DNA of 64,000 bases from assembly GCA_045613785.1 (NCBI GenBank), contig JAZLBQ010000024.1, positions 32,001 to 96,000 on the forward strand, read 5' to 3'. Position 1 is the stretch's first letter, and every line of letters starts with the position of its first letter. Origin of the DNA: Candidatus Enterousia sp. Its GTDB lineage: Bacteria > Pseudomonadota > Alphaproteobacteria > Rs-D84. The position numbers were made by a program, and so were the translations under genes. A model generated the notes under the pieces. It was given only the letters and a program-made list of their open reading frames with translations, did no database searches and was not told the DNA's origin. This document shows positions 1-9,637 of the stretch, in pieces.

Positions 1-1260
1 TATTATGACAGGGCAGGAAATTTATATCGCAAAGATAATCCAATAGATGCAAAAAAAGTAAAACAATTTGACACGGCTGGAAATTATGAACAGGCGAAAC
101 GTCATATGATTTATGAAGTCTTGCCTGCACTCCAAAGAGCAACCGGGGGAAAGAAAAATATAGAAGCACAGCAGGCAATTGCTATTGTATGGGCGGGACA
201 TCAAAGACCTGCAGATATGAATGAAATTGCAAGACGTATTTCAAATGCAACGACAGTGCAGCAGGTGGCAGATGCATTTGCATATTATCCAGGAGCTTTG
301 AAATGGAGAGAGGGAACTTTGATACGTCGTTGGTGGTGTGCTGCATATGCAGTTGGTTTAATTGATATGAAGGATTTCCTTAGTTTAAGACCAGATGCTT
401 TTTCATCGATAAATGTCAATAATGTTTACAGAGATGGGCATTTCTTGCTGGGGGAAGAAACGGTTAAATATGCACTGAACCGAGCAAAGGGAAGTAAACG
501 GACGGTGTCGGGTTTTATGGATGATTTTGATGGCGGACGAAAAATGCTGGCAACTGTAAATGGAAGAGTCGCTGGAAAAAAATTGGTTTTGTTAAGAGGT
601 GGTTCAAAGGACAAAATTTTTGAAAGTTCTATGGCAAAATTGAATAGTGCTACTGCTTTGTTTGCAAAGGCGGATTATAAGGGAGCTGTCAAGTTGTGTG
701 AAGAAGCAATTAAATTGGATCCTGATAATATGGAAGCATATAGCAGTCTGGCATTGGCGTATAAAAAATTAGGAGATAAGGAAAAGTCAATCTCGTATTA
801 TGAAAAGTGTCTTGCAACTGTTGTGGCTGGAAATAAGCGTATGAATGAAAATAAGTCTTTGCTGATGGATTATGATGTAAAGGCTGCGTCTTATTTTAAT
901 GCAGGTATGGCACGTGAAGAAATGGCAAAACTGTATCTGAAAACAAAGGATAAGGAAAAAGCACAACAGAATTTCAGAAAAGCTTTGAAGAATTATCAGA
1001 CTTCACTGGAAAATGCAGAGGTTGATAATATGAGCGAAAGAAGAAAACAAGTATATAAAGAAGCTGTTGAAAGAGTAGAAAAACAATTGAAGGAACTTGA
1101 TGGACAGGATAAAGGTAAAAAACTGGCGTTGTCAATGGATGCAGGAATAAAGAAAATACGCCAAAGAAATGCACTGAATAGTTCAGCAAAAAAATCACGG
1201 GGAGATGCGTTGTTGTATGGAAACGCAAAAATTGTCGGTGACGGAAATGAACTGGCCTGA
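1..1260 (+). CDS. TPR-repeat protein with a possible lysozyme-like (GH24-like) N-terminal region; 5'-truncated by the window edge
   Basis: Frame 1 is open from base 1 (YYDRAGNLYRKDNP...). TPR helices AKADYKGAVKLCEEAIKLDPDNMEAYSSLALAY and ASYFNAGMARE. QQAIAIVW...VADAFAYY...GTLIRRWW resembles the GH24 C-terminal lobe. Confidence 0.6.
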   Translation, partial: YYDRAGNLYRKDNPIDAKKVKQFDTAGNYEQAKRHMIYEVLPALQRATGGKKNIEAQQAIAIVWAGHQRPADMNEIARRISNATTVQQVADAFAYYPGALKWREGTLIRRWWCAAYAVGLIDMKDFLSLRPDAFSSINVNNVYRDGHFLLGEETVKYALNRAKGSKRTVSGFMDDFDGGRKMLATVNGRVAGKKLVLLRGGSKDKIFESSMAKLNSATALFAKADYKGAVKLCEEAIKLDPDNMEAYSSLALAYKKLGDKEKSISYYEKCLATVVAGNKRMNENKSLLMDYDVKAASYFNAGMAREEMAKLYLKTKDKEKAQQNFRKALKNYQTSLENAEVDNMSERRKQVYKEAVERVEKQLKELDGQDKGKKLALSMDAGIKKIRQRNALNSSAKKSRGDALLYGNAKIVGDGNELA

Positions 1261-1269
1261 TGAAGCAAG

Positions 1270-3282
1270 GTGGCGGATATGAAAGTATTTGTTGATGTTC
1301 ACGATAAACGTTGGAATAAGTATAAAATTGACTTTGAAAAAATCGCTAATACGGCGGTTTCTGGCGTGCACAAGAATTCAGAGGTATCAATTGTTTTGGT
1401 CGATGATTCTGAAATTCATGAATTAAACAAGAATTATCGTGGTATGGATAAACCTACGAATGTTATCTCTTTTGAATTGGGTGATGATGTTTTGTTGGGG
1501 GATATTTATATATCTTTTGATACCGCACTGCGTGAGGCAAAAGATGAAAATATTAGCCTAGAAAATCATGTGGCTCATTTGGTTGTGCATGGGGTCTTGC
1601 ATTTGCTGGGATTTGACCACATAACTGATGATCAGGCAAATATAATGGAGATGAAGGAAATTCAAGTATTGAAAAAATTAGGAATAAAAAATCCGTATCA
1701 GGACGAAGAAGATTTTGTGTGCGATTGTGAAGAGTGTTGTCCAGGGGGACGTTTCTTGTCTTGGTTTCGGAAACTAACAGTTAAAGAAAATGGGGTGTTG
1801 CAATACGCTCTATACGCAGTGTTTGGTGGACTTGCTGCATTTGGGTTTGCTCCATTTTATCAGTGGTGGTGGACAATTGTTGGTGTGGCAGGTGCGTTTT
1901 GGTTGACTGTCAGAAATAAAAATATTGGTGGGTTCTGGCAATCGTTGATGCGGGTCGCACCCTTTGGTGCAATGTATTCAGTTGCTATGTTTTGGTGGGT
2001 TCTGAATTCTATTTATGTTGTTCCAGAATTGGCCGAGCAATTTGCAATTTGGACATTGCCTGGAATTGTTGGGTTGGCACTGGCTGGTGTCTTTATCTTT
2101 TCTTGGCCGTTTGTTGCAGTGGCACAGAAGAAATTTAGTGCAGGGGGGCGAGTGTTCTTGTTCGCCGCTGTTTGGACACTGGTTTTGTGGGGGCGTGAGT
2201 GGTTGTTTACAGGTTTCCCATGGAATCCAATTGCAAATATAACAATGCCATGGCCAATGTTTGCAAATGCAATGTCGTTGTTTGGAACTTTGGGGTTGAC
2301 CTTTGTTATTGTTGGGGCGATTGCAGTTCTGGTTGAACTTTTAAGAAACCCAAAAAGCAAAGTTTTATGGTGTGTTTTGTTTGTCTTTGCTTTGCTGTTC
2401 GGTGGTGGGCTGTTCGCTGGCTATAAAAATATGCAAGCAAGTGATGTGGGGGCAGAAAATCCTGCGGTTTTGTTTCGAATCGTTCAACCTGCACAATCGC
2501 AATCACAAAAGGCAACACATAATCGTCAAAGTGCGTTAGAGCAGGCTCAGTTTAATTTACAAAATCTGGCTAAACTAGCAATGCAACCTGGAAATCCAGA
2601 TGTTATTGTTTTTCCTGAAACAACGTATCCTTTTGTTGTTGTGGAAAATGATAATATTGAGTTAGCACGTGTTTTGCAACGGCCTGTTATTATCGGAGCG
2701 ACAAGTTTTGATGCAGGAAAAATATTTAATTCTATGTTACTGATAGAACAAAATGGAGAAATTCAAAAGATTTATAGTAAATCGCATTTAGTGCCATTTG
2801 GTGAATATAGCCCTTTGGGGATATTGCCAAGTCCTGCAAATTTAACACGTGGAAATGGCCCAGAAATTTTGTCTGTCGCAAATTTAAAATTCGCACCAGC
2901 AATTTGTTATGAGGTTATTTTTTCTGATTCGTTATTAAATAGCGATGCTGATGATGTTCAGGCAATTATAAATATAACTAATGATAATTGGTTTGGTAAG
3001 ACACCTGGAATATATCAGCACTTGGATATGGTGCGGCGTTATGCAATCGAATCGGGTATGCCAATTATTCGAGCAAACTATTCTGGAATCAGTGCATTTG
3101 TTGGGGCAGATGGAGTGGTCATATCTTCTTTGCCTGTTGGGGCGGTTGATGTCCTGGACGGATATGTGTGGGGTGGACATAAAACACCATATCGTATGAT
3201 TGGTTTGAATAAGATGATGATACTGATTTTATTGGTCGCAATGTTGGGAATTGCATGTTGTCAGAAATTTGAAAAAGACTAA
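1270..3282 (+). CDS. ybeY-lnt: Fused rRNA maturation endoribonuclease YbeY / apolipoprotein N-acyltransferase Lnt
   Basis: YbeY motifs NKNYRGMDKPTNVISF and HLVVHGVLHLLGFDH. Lnt motifs GFPWNPI, PETT, KSHLVPFGEY, ICYE, TNDNWFG. One continuous frame from a GTG start. Confidence 0.92.
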   Translation: MADMKVFVDVHDKRWNKYKIDFEKIANTAVSGVHKNSEVSIVLVDDSEIHELNKNYRGMDKPTNVISFELGDDVLLGDIYISFDTALREAKDENISLENHVAHLVVHGVLHLLGFDHITDDQANIMEMKEIQVLKKLGIKNPYQDEEDFVCDCEECCPGGRFLSWFRKLTVKENGVLQYALYAVFGGLAAFGFAPFYQWWWTIVGVAGAFWLTVRNKNIGGFWQSLMRVAPFGAMYSVAMFWWVLNSIYVVPELAEQFAIWTLPGIVGLALAGVFIFSWPFVAVAQKKFSAGGRVFLFAAVWTLVLWGREWLFTGFPWNPIANITMPWPMFANAMSLFGTLGLTFVIVGAIAVLVELLRNPKSKVLWCVLFVFALLFGGGLFAGYKNMQASDVGAENPAVLFRIVQPAQSQSQKATHNRQSALEQAQFNLQNLAKLAMQPGNPDVIVFPETTYPFVVVENDNIELARVLQRPVIIGATSFDAGKIFNSMLLIEQNGEIQKIYSKSHLVPFGEYSPLGILPSPANLTRGNGPEILSVANLKFAPAICYEVIFSDSLLNSDADDVQAIINITNDNWFGKTPGIYQHLDMVRRYAIESGMPIIRANYSGISAFVGADGVVISSLPVGAVDVLDGYVWGGHKTPYRMIGLNKMMILILLVAMLGIACCQKFEKD

Positions 3283-3283
3283 G

Positions 3284-3306
3284 AAAACCGCCGTATAGGC
3301 GGTTTT
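3284..3306. terminator. Bidirectional intrinsic terminator
   Basis: AAAACCGCC-GTATA-GGCGGTTTT between convergent genes. Confidence 0.8.
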
Positions 3307-3524
3307 TAATTTTGTGAAATTCGTAATATCATTTGATTTAGAACCCATACCCGAACTGCTGATGATAGGTTCGTGTTTGCAGAGCGGTTTTCGTCGATTT
3401 CATTTATAATCGTTGCGACTGGTTTGCCACTGCGAATTGCCAGGGCGTTTAATGCATCAATAAATTCGGGTTCAAGTGTGATACTGGTTTGGTGGCCAGC
3501 AAGTGATACAGATAACTTCTTCAT
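3306..3524 (-). CDS. Ribbon-helix-helix (RHH_4-type) protein
   Basis: SVSLAGHQTSITLEPEF...NLSSAVRVWVL is typical of the alphaproteobacterial RHH_4 family. Confidence 0.8.
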   Translation of the reverse strand: MKKLSVSLAGHQTSITLEPEFIDALNALAIRSGKPVATIINEIDENRSANTNLSSAVRVWVLNQMILRISQN

Positions 3525-3531
3525 TTTTTAT

Positions 3532-3966
3532 TTACATTTTTCCTGCAATTAAACAATCTGATAATGCTTTATACGGGTCATCATAGCGACGTAATGGGGA
3601 TAATGTCAAGTTGTCGAACATATAGCAAACCCCAAATGCATCAAATCCAAACCAGAATAAATCATTACGACCAAATATTGTTTTGCCCATCGTTTGCGGT
3701 ATGTTTGTTAGGTCTTGGTTAAATTCAAGAATTGTTGGTGCAGGGAAATGTAATCCTTGGGCGAATTCTGATGGTCCAAATATATAACCGTTGCCCAGAT
3801 TTATCCCACCGGTATGTGTGTAAAGCTCAATCATAAATGATGGCAACATTGCACGACGGTGTTGTTGCAATGATGTGTTTATCAGTGAAACCTGACTCAT
3901 TGGGGCAGGTGGTGTTAGAACTGCACCACGGGACTGGATAAATGATAAAAATTCAGAGCATGTCAT
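3532..3966 (-). CDS. SMI1/KNR4 (SUKH)-like protein
   Basis: PPA...LPSFMIELYTHTGG...IFG...IFGRNDL..FGFD pattern. Confidence 0.6.
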   Translation of the reverse strand: MTCSEFLSFIQSRGAVLTPPAPMSQVSLINTSLQQHRRAMLPSFMIELYTHTGGINLGNGYIFGPSEFAQGLHFPAPTILEFNQDLTNIPQTMGKTIFGRNDLFWFGFDAFGVCYMFDNLTLSPLRRYDDPYKALSDCLIAGKM

Positions 3967-3980
3967 ACTTGTCCCTTTGG

Positions 3981-4481
3981 TTATTCACGGCCGCCTGCAA
4001 GTTGAGCACTCATTTGTGCAAGACGGTCTTCGGTTGCGTTGCCACCATCGCCACCACCAGCAGTGTGTGCAGGTAGGTATATCTTTTTCGCTGGGTTGGG
4101 TAACCATATCGTTTGAGCCCCAGTTTGTCCAATAATAAAACGATCAAGGTTATTGCTGTGCGGAAATGTCCAGCACATAAATAAATTGTCTAGTTCAAGT
4201 TTGCCGCCAAACGCCAGTGGAATTCGAAAACGAAAAGATATGTTCTGGGGAATGCTTTGCCCCATAATCAGACCCATAAATTCGTCCTGGGTTAGATTCA
4301 TAAATGCTAATGTTTCAACCGAATCGGTTAGCGTTGTTATGAATTCGTGGACAAGTTTTTTATACTGGTTAAACCAATCCGCAGGAATGTTTGATGGTGT
4401 GGGGTGTATCTCCATCAGGGGCATATCTGACATGCCCATATCTGATAATATCTTTTCTGCGGAGCCTTGTGTCAATTGCAT
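3981..4481 (-). CDS. Hypothetical protein with a degenerate HNH-like motif
   Basis: GQSIPQNISFRFRIPLAFGGKLELDNLFMCWTFPH resembles HH..PL..GG.....NL......H, but the catalytic His pair is replaced. Confidence 0.5.
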   Translation of the reverse strand: MQLTQGSAEKILSDMGMSDMPLMEIHPTPSNIPADWFNQYKKLVHEFITTLTDSVETLAFMNLTQDEFMGLIMGQSIPQNISFRFRIPLAFGGKLELDNLFMCWTFPHSNNLDRFIIGQTGAQTIWLPNPAKKIYLPAHTAGGGDGGNATEDRLAQMSAQLAGGRE

Positions 4482-4494
4482 CTTTTATCCTGTG

Positions 4495-5448
4495 TTAAAT
4501 TTTCGAAATGTAATCAATTACTGTTGAAATATATGATGAGAACGCTTCGAAACTTTCGTCGTCTGTTATAGGTGGATTTTTATGGGATTCCATATAAGTC
4601 CTTAATTCAGACGGGGTCGCAAATGTCAATATGTTCGCAGCACCAGGTGCTGATGCGTCGGGGGCAGAAATAACAAAGCCGTGAATGTTGATGACAACAT
4701 CGTCCAATGTGTCGTTGAATATTTCTTGCATTGTATCAATGGCACTTTGAAGGGCGGTGGTTGGAACACCAACTGCACCAATCCACAAGGTTTCATTTGT
4801 GCCAATGGCAATCAGGTTTGTTTGAAGATTGCCGATTCGGGCATTTTCTTTTGTTGTATAGCCAGAGTTTTTAAATATTTCCGGAAGTTCTGGCCAGTTT
4901 TGTTGCGAAGGTTGTGGTATTGAATTTGTTGTCGTGGGGACTGTAAAACTTTGTGTTTGTGAAGCACTGGGTAATGATGGAGTAATGCTGATGTTCAAGC
5001 GTGGTGGACGTGATAGACCTATTTCAGAAGTTTGAGGTGCTGTTGTTACAGGGGCGGTCGTCGCAGTCGGTGTTTGTTGAACAACAGGTTGTGGTGCAGG
5101 TGTTGCAGGTGTCGTTGCGTTTTGTGGCACTGCAGTTGTAGGCACTGGGGCAGGCGTTTGTTTTACAATGGCTTGTGATGATTTTTCAGGTTGGGTAATT
5201 TTTATTTTCTTGCGTGGTCGCAATAAGAAATGTAATCCCAGAACCATTATTATCACGGTTAGAACCGTTGAAATATAAAAATCGGGCTTTACCGGTTGTT
5301 GCGAGGCCTGCATATAAGCCAAATGCTGCCAGTGGGCAGATGAAAATATGTTAAAGCCGAATTTTATGTTAAACCAAAATGATGCACCAAGTATCGATAT
5401 GCTTAGCCATAAAAGTGATAGTAAAATGTTGTCTAGTTTATTTCTCAT
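4495..5448 (-). CDS. Membrane protein: two TM helices, Pro/Thr-rich linker, C-terminal alpha/beta (possibly NERD-like) domain
   Basis: Two hydrophobic segments, then low-complexity PAPVPTT..., then LPEIFKNSGY...TNLIAIGTNETLWIG. Confidence 0.6.
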   Translation of the reverse strand: MRNKLDNILLSLLWLSISILGASFWFNIKFGFNIFSSAHWQHLAYMQASQQPVKPDFYISTVLTVIIMVLGLHFLLRPRKKIKITQPEKSSQAIVKQTPAPVPTTAVPQNATTPATPAPQPVVQQTPTATTAPVTTAPQTSEIGLSRPPRLNISITPSLPSASQTQSFTVPTTTNSIPQPSQQNWPELPEIFKNSGYTTKENARIGNLQTNLIAIGTNETLWIGAVGVPTTALQSAIDTMQEIFNDTLDDVVINIHGFVISAPDASAPGAANILTFATPSELRTYMESHKNPPITDDESFEAFSSYISTVIDYISKI

Positions 5449-5492
5449 TATGTTTTTAATTGTAGCATATTTGTGATAAAGTAAAAAGCATT

Positions 5493-6164
5493 ATGATTGA
5501 TAAAAAATATTTAAATAATTTTTCTGAATTTGCTGCACTGTGGTGTCGGTCTGATATGGAAAATGCAGAATTGGCATTGGTGGCTGATCAAATTAGTGCA
5601 AATAATGTTCCGCTGGTGTCTTTGCTGCCAGAGCAGGTCGGCGTAATTTGGCCGTGGTTAGAGAATATGGATGTTAAAATTATGCCCAGATTCTTTATCC
5701 AGGATAAAAAAATTACAGAAAAAAATATTTCTGAATTGACTATTCAAATCAATAATGTCTTGAAACGGGGGGCAAGCGGTGCACAGGTGTTCTTGCCGTA
5801 TAAATTGTTGGCGGACTTGGTCGAGCAGACATATGTTGTCCGTGATGATTTGTTCTTTGACAAGGACTTGGCAATAGGAATAAATCTGTATGATGTTGCA
5901 CCACTGGATTGGTCGGAATTATATCAACAACTGCGAAAAATAAATGCTTCGTCTTTGATTCTGGTGCTGGGGGCAAAGGATGCACAAAAAAATGACTTTG
6001 TTGGCAGGATTTTCGCAATGCTGGATTTATGGGAACAGGATAATAAATTCGATTTGCAATTTGTGTTTGGTGGTAATTTATACTGTATGGAATCAACATT
6101 GCGATTGGTGCAAAAAATGCGACCAGATTTAATCGGTAGAATACGTTTCTTTGTAAACGCCTAG
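5493..6164 (+). CDS. Hypothetical protein, possibly a degenerate aldolase/DeoC-like TIM barrel
   Basis: 223-aa ORF with alternating beta/alpha pattern; INNVLKRGASGAQVFL resembles A...GA..ID.V of DeoC. Confidence 0.45.
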   Translation: MIDKKYLNNFSEFAALWCRSDMENAELALVADQISANNVPLVSLLPEQVGVIWPWLENMDVKIMPRFFIQDKKITEKNISELTIQINNVLKRGASGAQVFLPYKLLADLVEQTYVVRDDLFFDKDLAIGINLYDVAPLDWSELYQQLRKINASSLILVLGAKDAQKNDFVGRIFAMLDLWEQDNKFDLQFVFGGNLYCMESTLRLVQKMRPDLIGRIRFFVNA

Positions 6165-6781
6165 TGGCTGAGGATTAAATATTTTGGTGCAGTGGTGCCG
6201 GCCTTGTTTTTTGTCTGATAGCGTGTTTGGATTATGTCAAGATCTGCAATCGTTGCAGTTAGGTCGGTGTTTGCAATTTGTTCCAAAATCCAATCAAAAT
6301 AGCCCCAGTGGTCCGTGCCAATAATTATTTCACCGTCATCAGCCAGGTATTTTGACAAGGTGTTCAAAAAAGTCGCAGATAACAGGCGACGCTTTTCGTG
6401 GCGGCTTTTTGGCCAGGGGTCGGGGTGTAAAACCCAAATCTGAGAAAATTTCGAATCGGTTTCACGCAGAAAATCACGAACATCATCAGCCCAGATTCTG
6501 ACGTTTTTATATTCGTCCATAACCTGATTCGTTTTTTCGTCTGTTATGGCAGATAACAGGGACGCCACACCGTTCATAAATGGTTCTGCCCCAATAATAA
6601 TCTTGTCGGGGTTGGTGGTTGCCAGGGTGCGGACGTGTTCGCCAGCACCAAAGCCGATTTCCAAGATGTCGCCAGTTGTTGGTTTTAGATTTGGTAACAG
6701 GTTTTCAACCAGCCAATTTTGGCGGGCAGATAATTTTTTGCCGTGACGACGGCCAAATGTTCTTAGTTCTTGTATTTCCAT
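6161..6781 (-). CDS. trmB: tRNA (guanine-N7)-methyltransferase
   Basis: LEIGFGAGEH, HPDPWPKSRHEKRRL, GTDH, TRYQ. True start ATG at 6781; the longer ORF overlaps gltX. Confidence 0.93.
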   Translation of the reverse strand: MEIQELRTFGRRHGKKLSARQNWLVENLLPNLKPTTGDILEIGFGAGEHVRTLATTNPDKIIIGAEPFMNGVASLLSAITDEKTNQVMDEYKNVRIWADDVRDFLRETDSKFSQIWVLHPDPWPKSRHEKRRLLSATFLNTLSKYLADDGEIIIGTDHWGYFDWILEQIANTDLTATIADLDIIQTRYQTKNKAGTTAPKYLILSH

Positions 6782-6827
6782 AGTTTTAGTATAGAATTGA
6801 GTTTGATGAAAAACAAGGAATATATAG

Positions 6828-8405
6828 ATGAGAAACGGTTTGTCAAAAGATTTAATTGCACGTGTGTTAGGTGCGACACCAAAATATACAATTGAACAAT
6901 TAGAAGAAAAATTCCCAGCACGCAATCTGGCAGAAGGTGCATTTGTGACAAGATTTGCCCCAAGTCCAACAGGGTATATGCATATTGGTGGTCTGTATGG
7001 TGCGTTGATAGACTGTAAATTGGCACAGCAATCAGGTGGTGTGTTTATGTTGCGTATCGAAGATACTGATACAAAACGTGAAGTTGCAGATGCTGTTAAA
7101 ATCATCGAAGAATCAATGGATCGATTCGGACTGAAATACAATAATGTTGAGGAATATGGGCCTTATTATCAATCGCAAAGAAAAGATATTTACCACAGTG
7201 TTGTGGCACACTTGTTAGAGCAGGGGTTGGCTTATCCTTGTTTTTTAACTGCAAGCGATATGGAACAGATTCGTGAAAATCAAAAGGCAGCAGGTTTTTC
7301 AACGGGTATATATGGTGAATTTGCACGGGATAGAAATTTAACCGAAGAAGAAATCGTGGCTTATTTAGACAAAGGGTTAGTGCCATCGATTCGTTTGTAT
7401 TCAAATGGAAATCCAGAACAGCGTATATTTTGTAAAGATGCAGTTCGTGGTTCAATCGGATTCCCAGAAAATAACGAAGATATTGTTCTGATTAAATCAA
7501 ATGATGGTTTGCCAACGTATCATTTTGCTCATTTGTGTGATGATCACTTTATGCGAACGACACATGTTATTCGTGGGGAAGAGTGGTTGCCTTCGTTGCC
7601 ACTGCATGTGCAGCTGTTCCGTATGATGGGCTGGAATGCACCGTTGTATATTCATACGTCAACTATTGATAAGATTGATGAGGAAACAGGTAAACAGCGT
7701 AAACTGTCCAAACGTAAAGACCCAGAAGCAAATGTTGCGTTCTTTTTAGAGGCAGGTTGGCCAGTTGAGGCGGTAATTGAATACTTGGGGAATATTGCCG
7801 CATCGGGATACGAAGAAGCCAAAATGAAGGGGCAGGTTAAATCGTTCTGGGATTATGAAATGCGTGCAAAAAAAATTCCTATGTCTGGTGCGTTGTTTGA
7901 TATGAAAAAATTGGAATGGTGGGCCAAGGAATTTATTGGTGCGTTGCCAGTGCCAGAATTGGTCAATCGTGTTGTAAATTGGGCAAATGAATATGGAAAT
8001 GACGTCAATAAAATGCAGGTTGCAGATGTGGCTTATTTAACAGGCGTGTTGGGTATTGAACGTGATAATCCAAAACGTGTTCGTAAGGACTTTATTACGT
8101 GGTCACAGACGTTGGAAAATGTTGCGTTTTTCTGGGATGAATTGTTTGTGCCAAATACTGAATATGAATTTAATTCAGATGTTTTAAAGGCCTTTTTGGA
8201 AACGTATAACGAATCGGATGACAAGGATACTTGGTGGGGAAAAATTGTGGCTGTTGCCGAAAGCTTGGGCGTAAAAAATGGTGATGTGGCAATGAATTTG
8301 CGTGTGGCATTATCGGGACGCACAAATACACCTGATTTGTATTCTATTATGAGTGTAATGGGCGGTGATAGAGTTCAAAAACGAATCGAAGGGGTATTAA
8401 AATGA
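6828..8405 (+). CDS. gltX: Glutamate--tRNA ligase
   Basis: TRFAPSPTGYMHIGG, LRIEDTD, THVIRGEEW, KLSKR. Confidence 0.96.
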   Translation: MRNGLSKDLIARVLGATPKYTIEQLEEKFPARNLAEGAFVTRFAPSPTGYMHIGGLYGALIDCKLAQQSGGVFMLRIEDTDTKREVADAVKIIEESMDRFGLKYNNVEEYGPYYQSQRKDIYHSVVAHLLEQGLAYPCFLTASDMEQIRENQKAAGFSTGIYGEFARDRNLTEEEIVAYLDKGLVPSIRLYSNGNPEQRIFCKDAVRGSIGFPENNEDIVLIKSNDGLPTYHFAHLCDDHFMRTTHVIRGEEWLPSLPLHVQLFRMMGWNAPLYIHTSTIDKIDEETGKQRKLSKRKDPEANVAFFLEAGWPVEAVIEYLGNIAASGYEEAKMKGQVKSFWDYEMRAKKIPMSGALFDMKKLEWWAKEFIGALPVPELVNRVVNWANEYGNDVNKMQVADVAYLTGVLGIERDNPKRVRKDFITWSQTLENVAFFWDELFVPNTEYEFNSDVLKAFLETYNESDDKDTWWGKIVAVAESLGVKNGDVAMNLRVALSGRTNTPDLYSIMSVMGGDRVQKRIEGVLK

Positions 8406-9139
8406 CAGAGTCTAAACGGACTAGAATCAAGGCTGTAAAGAAAGATGAACATGGTTCACACCTGTTAAAGGTTTTGCGTGCAACAGGACTTTTCCGTTGG
8501 GAAAAACCGTCAACGCATGTTGAAGAAGTTGTAAATATTCTAACGCATGGGATTGGTATTGGACTTGCCATTGCAGCATTGACCTTGTTAGTTGTTTTTG
8601 CAGGAATAAAGGGTGATGTGTGGGCAATCGTTTCTTGTGCTGTATTTGGTGTGACAATGATAACCTTGTATTTTGGTTCGACAATGTGTCATGCAACAAT
8701 CGGAAAAAAACATGAATGCTTTTTTGAAGTATGGGATAGCGTTGCAATATATGCTTTGATTGCAGGAACTTATACGCCATTTTTATTGGTGAATTTGCGG
8801 GGTGTTATCGGCTGGACGGTTCTTGCAATTTTGTGGGGAATTGTGTTGTTTGGGGCTTATATGAAAATCCGGAATCCTCGTCAACAACCTAAGTGGATGG
8901 TGGCTCTGTATGTTGCAATGGGGTGGACGTTGTTGTTCATATTGCCTGCAATGATTCGTAGTATTCCAGAACGTGGATTGTGGTTTATTCTGGCTGGTGG
9001 ATTGGCATATACAATCGGGGTGATATTCTATCTGTGGCGACGTATGAAGTTTTCACATGCTGTGTGGCACTTGTTCGTAATTGGGGGCAGTGTGTGTTTC
9101 TTTTTTGCGGTTCTGTTCGGATGTATTTTTGATTTGTAA
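8402..9139 (+). CDS. Hemolysin III / PAQR family membrane protein
   Basis: EEVVNILTHG, D..AIYALIAGTYTP, HAVWHLFV. Confidence 0.9.
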   Translation: MTESKRTRIKAVKKDEHGSHLLKVLRATGLFRWEKPSTHVEEVVNILTHGIGIGLAIAALTLLVVFAGIKGDVWAIVSCAVFGVTMITLYFGSTMCHATIGKKHECFFEVWDSVAIYALIAGTYTPFLLVNLRGVIGWTVLAILWGIVLFGAYMKIRNPRQQPKWMVALYVAMGWTLLFILPAMIRSIPERGLWFILAGGLAYTIGVIFYLWRRMKFSHAVWHLFVIGGSVCFFFAVLFGCIFDL

Positions 9140-9149
9140 GGTATATGTT

Positions 9150-9545
9150 ATGCCGTATGAATATCAAAAAAATACAGGGGTGGATGAAGAAAAATTGCTG
9201 AAAAATCCATATAGGAATCTTGAATTAGATTTTCCCTATGTGTGTGATGGTTGTGCGGAAAAATGTCAGTTGTCTGTGAATTTATGCACTGTGCCAACAG
9301 ATACAAGATTTTGTTGTGGTGTTGATTCCGTTCGTTTCAAAGTTGTGCCCGAGATGTATGCAGGGGATAAGAAGTTCTTCGAATTTCCAGTGAACAGACC
9401 AAATGTATATTATCCACATGGATGTAATTTGACAGTGTTTCAGGTTTTAGGTGATACTTCGTTATGCTTACGTGAGGCAGAAGATAGGTATAAAAGTGCA
9501 TTGATGTGGTGCAGGGCGACTTGTAAACACAGCAAAATGAGATAA
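9150..9545 (+). CDS. Hypothetical Cys-rich protein (ORFan)
   Basis: ATG at 9150 after TAAGG; contains CDGCAEKC and C-terminal CRATCKH. Confidence 0.55.
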   Translation: MPYEYQKNTGVDEEKLLKNPYRNLELDFPYVCDGCAEKCQLSVNLCTVPTDTRFCCGVDSVRFKVVPEMYAGDKKFFEFPVNRPNVYYPHGCNLTVFQVLGDTSLCLREAEDRYKSALMWCRATCKHSKMR

Positions 9546-9601
9546 GTTGGAATAACAGATTGGTTTGCTGTGGTTGTGTCTTGTGTGATAAATTATATCG
9601 C

Positions 9602-9630
9602 TTGATTTTTATTTGGAATGGGAATACTAT
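9602..9630 (+). promoter_or_regulatory. Sigma70-type promoter of the thrS leader
   Basis: TTGATT(9602)-17 nt-TACTAT(9625), 7 nt before the leader ATG. Confidence 0.65.
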
Positions 9631-9637
9631 ATTAGGT

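Noticed and set aside
6782-7141. N-terminal extension of the 326-aa trmB ORF
   Set aside because: Antisense shadow of gltX; real start is 6781.
9410-9418. Perfect DnaA box TTATCCACA
   Set aside because: Single copy inside an ORF, compatible with chance.
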